This document shows, in pieces, positions 57,622 to 64,000 of a DNA stretch of 64,000 bases. This stretch comes from Deltaproteobacteria bacterium (lineage in GTDB: Bacteria > Desulfobacterota > Syntrophia > Syntrophales > UBA2192). The position numbers were made by a program, and so were the translations under genes. The stretch is from NCBI GenBank assembly GCA_012728915.1, contig JAAYEC010000007.1:6505-70504 (forward strand), written 5' to 3'. The notes under the pieces are model-generated. The model was given only the letters and a program-made list of their open reading frames with translations, ran no database searches and was not told the origin of the DNA. The first letter of the stretch is position 1, and every line of letters begins with the position of its first letter.

Positions 57622-58557
57622 TTACCCCATCAGGGCGTCGACGAACTCCTTGCTGTCGAAGGGCCTCAGGTCGTCCATCTTCTCGCCGATGCCGATATAG
57701 CGGATGGGGATGTCGAACTCCCGGGCGAGGCGGATGATGATGCCGCCCTTGGCCGTGCCGTCGAGCTTCGTGAGGACGAGGCCCGTCACCCCGATCGCGT
57801 CGTTGAACATCCTGGCCTGATTGACCGCGTTCTGCCCCGTCGTGGCATCGAGCACGAGAAGCACCTCGTGGGGCGCCCCGGGGACTTCCCGCCCCATGAT
57901 CCGCCCGACCTTCTTGAGCTCCTCCATGAGGTTGACCTTCGTGTGGAGCCGTCCCGCCGTGTCGATGAGGAGGACGCCCGCCTCCCTGGCCCTCGCGGCC
58001 TGCAGGGCATCGAAGACAACGGCCGAGGGGTCGGCGCCCATCTTCTGCTTGATGACGGGGATGCCCGCCCGCTCGCCCCAGGCCTCGAGCTGCTCGATCG
58101 CGGCGGCCCGGAAGGTGTCGGCGGCGGCGAGCATCACGCTGTGCCCGCGGGACTTCAGTTCGTTGGCGATCTTCCCGATCGTCGTCGTCTTCCCCGTGCC
58201 GTTGACCCCGACGACCATGACGGTGTACAGGCCGTCCCTCGGAATGTCCAGCGGCGCCTCACGCTGCTTGAGGATGAAGCGGATGTTGTCGCGCAGGATG
58301 GTGCGCAGCACGTCGGGACTGCCGAGCTCGGAGCGCTTTGCGATCTCCTTCATCTCGTCGATGAGCTCCGCGGCGAATGCCGGCCCTACGTCGGCCGTGA
58401 CGAGCATCTCCTCGAGCTCCTCGAAAAGGTCGGCACCGATCTTCTTCTCGCCGAAGAGCGCCTGGTCGACGTTTCGTACGAGACTCTGCCTCGTCTTGCT
58501 GAGCCCTTCCTTCAGCCTCTCGAAGAAGGAGCCCTTCTTTTCCGGATCTCCGAACAT
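57622..58557 (-). CDS. ftsY: Signal recognition particle receptor FtsY
   Basis: GVNGTGKTTT, DTFRAAA, DTAGR, TKLDGTAKGG. Confidence 0.97.
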   Translation of the reverse strand: MFGDPEKKGSFFERLKEGLSKTRQSLVRNVDQALFGEKKIGADLFEELEEMLVTADVGPAFAAELIDEMKEIAKRSELGSPDVLRTILRDNIRFILKQREAPLDIPRDGLYTVMVVGVNGTGKTTTIGKIANELKSRGHSVMLAAADTFRAAAIEQLEAWGERAGIPVIKQKMGADPSAVVFDALQAARAREAGVLLIDTAGRLHTKVNLMEELKKVGRIMGREVPGAPHEVLLVLDATTGQNAVNQARMFNDAIGVTGLVLTKLDGTAKGGIIIRLAREFDIPIRYIGIGEKMDDLRPFDSKEFVDALMG

Positions 58558-58715
58558 GATGTCCTTTCCCTTTGACGCGTACGGGCCTTTCCGTCTGCAG
58601 TTTTATAGAATGGCCCGTGATTCGTTGTCCAGCCTGAAAAAATCCCCCTCCTTGCCGGGCGGCTTCGCCGAAGGAGCCCGCAGACCGGCGTAAGGGTTGA
58701 TTCGTGCAGAGACTC

Positions 58716-58762
58716 AAATCCCCCTGGCATCCCCTGGATGAACGGGGGGCGGAGGGGGATTT
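58716..58762. repeat. REP-like nested palindrome
   Basis: AAATCCCCCT...CCCC...GGGGGG...AGGGGGATTT. Confidence 0.55.
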
Positions 58763-58801
58763 CCCTGCCTCATTCCCTGCCGCTTGGGCCGCCTCCTCTG
58801 C

Positions 58802-61800
58802 CTAGGCGGCGATCTGGTTCAAATTCACGGAAACCAGCGTGGAGATGCCCTTCTTCTCCATCGACACGCCGAACAGGTTGTCGGAGACCTCCATGGTCCG
58901 CTTGTTGTGCGTCACCAGGACGATCTGGGACCGCTCGGAGATGTCCTTGACGAACTGGTTGAAGAGGGCGATGTTGGCGTCGTCGAGCGCCGCGTCGACC
59001 TCGTCGAGGATCAGGAAGGGCGTGGGCTTGTGCAGCAGGATCGAAAAGATGAGCGCCACGGCCGCAAGGGACTTTTCGCCGCCGGAGAGCAGGCTGATGT
59101 TCTGCGTGCGCTTGCCCGGCAGCTGGATCTCGATGTCGACGCCCGCCTCCAGCAGGTCCTCGCCGTCGGTGAGCAGAAGCGACGCCTTGCCGCCGCGGAA
59201 GAGCTTGGGAAAGACGGACTGGAAGCACTGGTTGACGGCCTCGAAGGTTTCCGAGAAGCGCTTCCGGGAGACCTGGTTGATCCGGGCGATCGTCTTCTGC
59301 AGCGAGTCGAGCGAGGCGTTGAGGTCGTTGATCTGGCCGGAGAGGAATTCGTGCCGCGTCTGGAGCTCCTCGTGCTCGCTGATGGCCATCAGGTTCACCT
59401 CGCCGAACTCCTCGACGGCCTTTTTCTTCCGGTCGATCTCCTCCCGGAGCTCCGCGATGCGGGATTCATCCAGCGGGACGAACCCCGGCGCAAGCTCATC
59501 GAGGGCGGCCTGGTACTTCTCCTGCATCCCGTTTTTCAGCGCGTCGGCCTGGAAGGCGAGTTCCCGGATCTCGATGTCGAGCTCGCCCGTCTCGCGAAGC
59601 GCCTGTTCGATCTTCCTGCGCGCCTCGCGGGCTTCGCCCTCAAGCGCGTTCATCTTGCCCTCCCGCCAGGTCTGCCCCTCGCGGGCGGCGGCCAGATTCC
59701 TCTCGATCTCCCCGTAGCCGGCGTACAACGCCTCCAGCGACCGGCGGTCCTGCTCGATCTTCGCCGTGAGTTCCTCCCGGCTGCGCTCGGCCTCCCCGAG
59801 GTTCTGCAGCCGGGTCTCGACCTCGAGCTCGAGCGTGCGGAGGGAGTCCCGGAGGCGTTCCAGCGCCTTCAGATCGGCGTTGCGCTTCTCCTCCAGGGCC
59901 ACCTGGGCGACGCGCGCCTCCGTCAGCAGGGCTTCCCTGCCCTCGAGATCCGATTTCAGGGCTTGCCACCGCTGCTGAGTCTGCTCGAGCCGGCCGTTGA
60001 CCTCGAGGCAGCGGACGCCCGCCGTTTCGAGTTCGCGCTCCGTTGCGGCGATCTTCCCGGCCGCCTCCTGCTCCTCGGCCAGAAGCGTCTCGCGGTTGAA
60101 CCGGATGACGCCCACGCGCTGCCGGATCCAGTTCAATTCGTTCTCGTACCGTTCGACGTCCTTCTTCCGGCCCTGGAGCTCGAGCTCCGCCTCGCGGACG
60201 GCGTCGCGGCCCGACTCCCAGTCCTCCTCCATCGAGGCGATGCGATCGGCAAGCGCGCCGCGGTCCTGCGACTCCTCGCGGAGCCCGCCCTCGAGACGGC
60301 TTGCGTCCTTCTCCAGGTCGGCAATCTCCCTCTTGCGCTGCAGCAGGCTGCTCTCCTCGGTGACGGCCCGGCTTCCCCCCGTCAGGACGCCATGGGGGCT
60401 GATCATATCGCCGTCGGGGGTCACCAGGGTCCCCCGGAATCCGTTTCGCTGCCACAGGACGATGCCGGAATGCAGGTCAGGAACCAGAAACGTGTCGCCC
60501 AGGAGATATTCGGCGATGTTGCGGAACTCCTCCTTCACGCGGACCACGTCGAGAAGCCGCGTCGTGCCCTGGAGCGATTCCGTCGATGCCCGGTCGACGG
60601 CGCTGGCGCGAACGCGGAGCGGGACAAAGCTGCTGCGGCCCGCAGTTCGCGTCTTCAGGTAGTCGATGGCCCGGATGCCTTCCTCCTGGCTCCTGACGAC
60701 GACATAGTGCAGCCTCTCCCCCAGGGCCGCCTCGACGGCGACCTCGTGCTCGCGGGGAACCTCGATGTGGTCGGCCACGAGCCCGTGCACACTGTCCAGG
60801 GAAAGGCCGGCCTCCTCCCCGGCCCGGATGATCGACCGGGTGCCCGCGCCGCACCATTCGTAGCGGTTCTGGAACTCGCGAAGCGAGGCGAGCCGCGAGG
60901 TCTTCTTGCCGAGTTCCTCCCTGAGCCGGAACACCCTCTCATCGGCTTCCTCCAGTTCCGCGCGGGAGCGCTGGATGAGATGCTGCAGCTCTGCGGTCTT
61001 CCCCCGCAGGCCCTCCAGGCGTTCCCGGTCTTCCTCGAGACCCGCGCGGGTGCCGGCGAGGTTCTCCTCGGCGAGGCCCAGGCGGCCCTCGTGCTCCTCG
61101 AGCTCCCGGCCCTCCCGCTCGGAGCGGCGCTTGAGGTCCTCCAGGCTCTTGCTGTGGGCGGACAGCGCGTTCTGAAGGCGGGACTGCTCCGTCAGCGCGG
61201 CGAAATAGGCGGTCTTCTCCTCCTCCAGCCCGTCCCTGAGCCCCTGCTCGATTTTCTTGAGCTCGTCGACGTCGGCCTGCCGCAGGGCGACCGCCTCCCG
61301 GCCGGCGGCGATGCGCCCGTCCGATTCGTCCGACTGCGCCTCGAGCTGTCCCAGCTCGCGCTCCACTCCCCCGCGGCGGGCGCGGAGCGATTCCAGCTCG
61401 ATCGCGCCCCTCTCCTTCAGGACGGCAAGGTCGTCGAGCCTCGCCCGGGCGTGTTCGATGCCCTGCTCCTGGATGCTGATCTCGTTCTTCGAGGCGTAGA
61501 GTCTTTCCTGGAGCCGCTCGACGTCCTGGTCGCTCTCGGCAATCTCGGCCCGGAATTCCTCGATGCGGGCCTCCAGCACGGCGAGCTGCGAGCGCGCATC
61601 GTCGGTTGCGGCCGAGGAGTCGTCGTAGCGCCGCTGCAGGTCAGCCTTCCTGCCCTGCATCTCCGCGAAGACCTGCGTCGCCAGGGCGAGCTCGATCTCC
61701 CGGAGGTCCTTTTTCAGCAGCTTGAAGCGTTCGGCCCGCTTGGCCTGCCGCGACACGGCGTTGAGCTGGCTCTTGACCTCGCGCATGATGTCGTTGAGGC

Positions 61801-62377
61801 GAAGCAGGTTCTGCTTCGTCGACTCCATCTTCCGGACAGCCGCCTCCTTGCGGCTCTTGTACTTCGTGATCCCCGCGGCCTCCTCGATATACTGCCGGCG
61901 ATCCTCGGGCCTGGCCTCCATGAGGTTGGTGATGCTGCCCTGTTCCACGAGCGAGTACGTCCGGGCGCCCACGCCCGTGTCCATGAAGAACTCCTTCACG
62001 TCGAGCAGACGGCAGCGGACCTTGTTGATGAAGTACTCGCCTTCCTCGTCGCGGAAGACCCTGCGCGTGATCATGACCTCCGAGCAGTCTCCGTACGGGG
62101 CCGGAAAGGGATACCCGCCGGACTCCATGACGAGCGTCACCTCAGCCATGCTCACCGGCTGCGCCTCTTCGCTGCCGTTGAAGATGACGTCGTCCATCTT
62201 CTTGCCGCGCAGGAGCGACACCCGCTGCTCCCCCATGACCCATCGGATGGCGTCGATGATGTTGCTCTTTCCGCAGCCGTTTGGCCCCACGATGCCGCTG
62301 ATGCCGGAAGAAAAGTCGATGACGGTCCTGTCCCGGAAGGACTTGAACCCGATGATCTCGAGCCGCTTGAGTTTCAT
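58802..62377 (-). CDS. smc: Chromosome segregation protein SMC
   Basis: GPNGCGKSN, coiled coils, hinge, LSGGE, LDEVDAALD. Confidence 0.97.
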   Translation of the reverse strand: MKLKRLEIIGFKSFRDRTVIDFSSGISGIVGPNGCGKSNIIDAIRWVMGEQRVSLLRGKKMDDVIFNGSEEAQPVSMAEVTLVMESGGYPFPAPYGDCSEVMITRRVFRDEEGEYFINKVRCRLLDVKEFFMDTGVGARTYSLVEQGSITNLMEARPEDRRQYIEEAAGITKYKSRKEAAVRKMESTKQNLLRLNDIMREVKSQLNAVSRQAKRAERFKLLKKDLREIELALATQVFAEMQGRKADLQRRYDDSSAATDDARSQLAVLEARIEEFRAEIAESDQDVERLQERLYASKNEISIQEQGIEHARARLDDLAVLKERGAIELESLRARRGGVERELGQLEAQSDESDGRIAAGREAVALRQADVDELKKIEQGLRDGLEEEKTAYFAALTEQSRLQNALSAHSKSLEDLKRRSEREGRELEEHEGRLGLAEENLAGTRAGLEEDRERLEGLRGKTAELQHLIQRSRAELEEADERVFRLREELGKKTSRLASLREFQNRYEWCGAGTRSIIRAGEEAGLSLDSVHGLVADHIEVPREHEVAVEAALGERLHYVVVRSQEEGIRAIDYLKTRTAGRSSFVPLRVRASAVDRASTESLQGTTRLLDVVRVKEEFRNIAEYLLGDTFLVPDLHSGIVLWQRNGFRGTLVTPDGDMISPHGVLTGGSRAVTEESSLLQRKREIADLEKDASRLEGGLREESQDRGALADRIASMEEDWESGRDAVREAELELQGRKKDVERYENELNWIRQRVGVIRFNRETLLAEEQEAAGKIAATERELETAGVRCLEVNGRLEQTQQRWQALKSDLEGREALLTEARVAQVALEEKRNADLKALERLRDSLRTLELEVETRLQNLGEAERSREELTAKIEQDRRSLEALYAGYGEIERNLAAAREGQTWREGKMNALEGEAREARRKIEQALRETGELDIEIRELAFQADALKNGMQEKYQAALDELAPGFVPLDESRIAELREEIDRKKKAVEEFGEVNLMAISEHEELQTRHEFLSGQINDLNASLDSLQKTIARINQVSRKRFSETFEAVNQCFQSVFPKLFRGGKASLLLTDGEDLLEAGVDIEIQLPGKRTQNISLLSGGEKSLAAVALIFSILLHKPTPFLILDEVDAALDDANIALFNQFVKDISERSQIVLVTHNKRTMEVSDNLFGVSMEKKGISTLVSVNLNQIAA

Positions 62378-62814
62378 TCCATCCCCGTGCTTCTGTCAGT
62401 TCGCTGACGGCTGATTCAAATTTTTAACACTCTACCAAAGCGCCATAACGATGTAAAGGGCTAAAAACCACCACCGGATGTGCCTCTTTGTCCATCGACC
62501 ACTATATGTTGTATTCAATTTTCGTTCCATAAACCGGGGATTTCCGTCTCCGGCGATGCATTTTTCAAGAAAAAATGCCCTCATTCGTAAGGCCGCCCCC
62601 CGACCGCAAGGGCTTATTTGTCTTGACAAAATGCGGGACGAAAGATTAATCAAAAACTGATCTTACAAGGTCCAGCCATCATCGACACTGCAGCCTGGCA
62701 GGGAAGGTGATCAACCCGTCAGGGCCGCACCTCTTACCCTGCCGGCGCGCCGGAGCACAGCCAGCGGAATTTGCAAGTCGTGGAAAGGTCCATCATTCTC
62801 AAGGAGGGAGCAGA

Positions 62815-64000
62815 ATGACGACGCCTGTGCAGCAGAAAATCCGCGATAAGAAAAGGACACCCCAGCAGATCGTGGACATGGTCAAGTCGGGGGACTGGAT
62901 CCAGCCCGGATCCGTCGGGGGTGACTCCACGGAGTGCATGAAGGAGCTGGCAAGGCGCCTCGGCCCCGGCCCCGGCCAGGTGAAAGACATCGAGATCTGG
63001 AACTACGCCATGTTCTATCCCCATCTCGAATTCCAGCAGGTGGACCCCAAGCAGGAATACCACTGCTTCCACGAGTATTTCTTCTTCCCCTGGAGCCGCA
63101 AGGCCCGCGACACAAACCAGGTGACCAGCTGGGCGCAGTGGGGATGGGCCATGGGGATGTGGTTTTGCCATTACCGCTTCGTCAACGCCGTGAAGGAGAA
63201 GCGGGGCCTCGACTGGTGGTGGAACGCGGCGACCACCTGGGATCCGCACGGATTCGCGAATTTTTCCTACGGCACGAACAATGCCGGCATCTTCTCCCAG
63301 TGCGCCAAGAAGTCCGTCATCGAGGTGCGATCCGACTACCCCTGGGCCGAGGGCGGCCGCTTCAATACGATCCACATCGACGAGATCGACTACTGGGTCG
63401 AGGTGGACGTGGAACGGTACCGGTGGCCCCAGATCAACGAGAGGGCCATCAAGGCCAAGCCCGAGGAAGAGGCCATCGCCAACCACATCATGACGATCAT
63501 GCGGGACCGGGATGTCATCCAGCTCGGCATCGGCTCCCTGCCCTCTGCCTGTGTCGGCGCAATGGCCAACGCCGGCTTCCGGGATCTCGGCATCCACACG
63601 GAGATGCTCAACGCCGGCCTGATCAAGCTGATCGAGTCCGGCCAGGTCACGAACCGCTACAAGAGCCTTGCCGCCGACCGCGGAAAGAGCGCCTGGACCT
63701 TTGCCTTCCCCGTCGACGTCAAGTGGTACTATGACACCATTCACCGCAACCCGAACCTGGCCGTCTACGACATCAGCTACACCAACAACCTGCACACCCT
63801 GACCCGGATCGACAACATGATCGCCATCGACAACTGCGTCGCCGTGGACCTCCTGGGCCAGCAGTGCTCGGGCTTCTACGAAAAGCGGCCGATCTCGAGC
63901 ACCGGCGGCTACTTCAACTTCGTGGCCTTCTGCGCCCAGAGCCGGGGCGGCCGGGGCGTCGCCTCCATGACGTCGCGCAGCAAACACGGCACCTCCCGCA
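62815..64000 (+). CDS. Acetyl-CoA hydrolase / 4-hydroxybutyrate CoA-transferase family protein (3' partial)
   Basis: AAGGAGG RBS; MTTPVQQKIRDKKRTP, IQLGIGSLP, DLGIHTEM, AVDLLGQ, ISSTGG; frame open to the window end. Confidence 0.9.
   Translation, partial: MTTPVQQKIRDKKRTPQQIVDMVKSGDWIQPGSVGGDSTECMKELARRLGPGPGQVKDIEIWNYAMFYPHLEFQQVDPKQEYHCFHEYFFFPWSRKARDTNQVTSWAQWGWAMGMWFCHYRFVNAVKEKRGLDWWWNAATTWDPHGFANFSYGTNNAGIFSQCAKKSVIEVRSDYPWAEGGRFNTIHIDEIDYWVEVDVERYRWPQINERAIKAKPEEEAIANHIMTIMRDRDVIQLGIGSLPSACVGAMANAGFRDLGIHTEMLNAGLIKLIESGQVTNRYKSLAADRGKSAWTFAFPVDVKWYYDTIHRNPNLAVYDISYTNNLHTLTRIDNMIAIDNCVAVDLLGQQCSGFYEKRPISSTGGYFNFVAFCAQSRGGRGVASMTSRSKHGTSR

Noticed and set aside
58784..62407. 1207-aa ORF antisense to smc, and similar long antisense ORFs (20969-24094, 27440-29638, 29810-31969, 46968-49055)
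   Set aside because: Shadow ORFs typical of high-GC coding DNA; no motifs, and the opposite strand carries clear genes.
1..64000. CRISPR arrays, transposases, prophage or defence systems
   Set aside because: None seen; the repeats found are short intergenic motifs without spacer architecture.

Overview
GC-rich anaerobic bacterial chromosome segment. Gene content (CbcL-type cytochrome, NrfHA, EtfAB plus a membrane Fe-S oxidoreductase, KorDABC, CoA transferases, smc-ftsY) suggests a Desulfobacterota/Syntrophales-like organism, which is an inference. The main signal missed by the ORF track is UGA recoding: three sites where an in-frame UGA is followed by a similar SECIS-like hairpin (7-bp stem, loop starting GGU). 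(1) An 11-heme periplasmic cytochrome c with predicted Sec60 (6967-8223) heads an operon with two rhodaneses, a 7-heme cytochrome and a CbcL-like quinol oxidoreductase. (2) An unannotated 35-42 aa peptide ending C-x-x-U-(x-x-U) sits directly upstream of, and overlapping, a radical SAM/SPASM maturase: a candidate selenocysteine RiPP system. (3) A split YeeE/YedE transporter has U in place of its conserved Cys. Also present are a c-di-GMP-I riboswitch, tRNA-Arg(CCU), G-quadruplex-like heptamer repeats just after stop codons, a REP-like palindrome family, a DRG-like GTPase and an MBL-hydrolase remnant. Product calls come from motif recognition only; no database searches were run.
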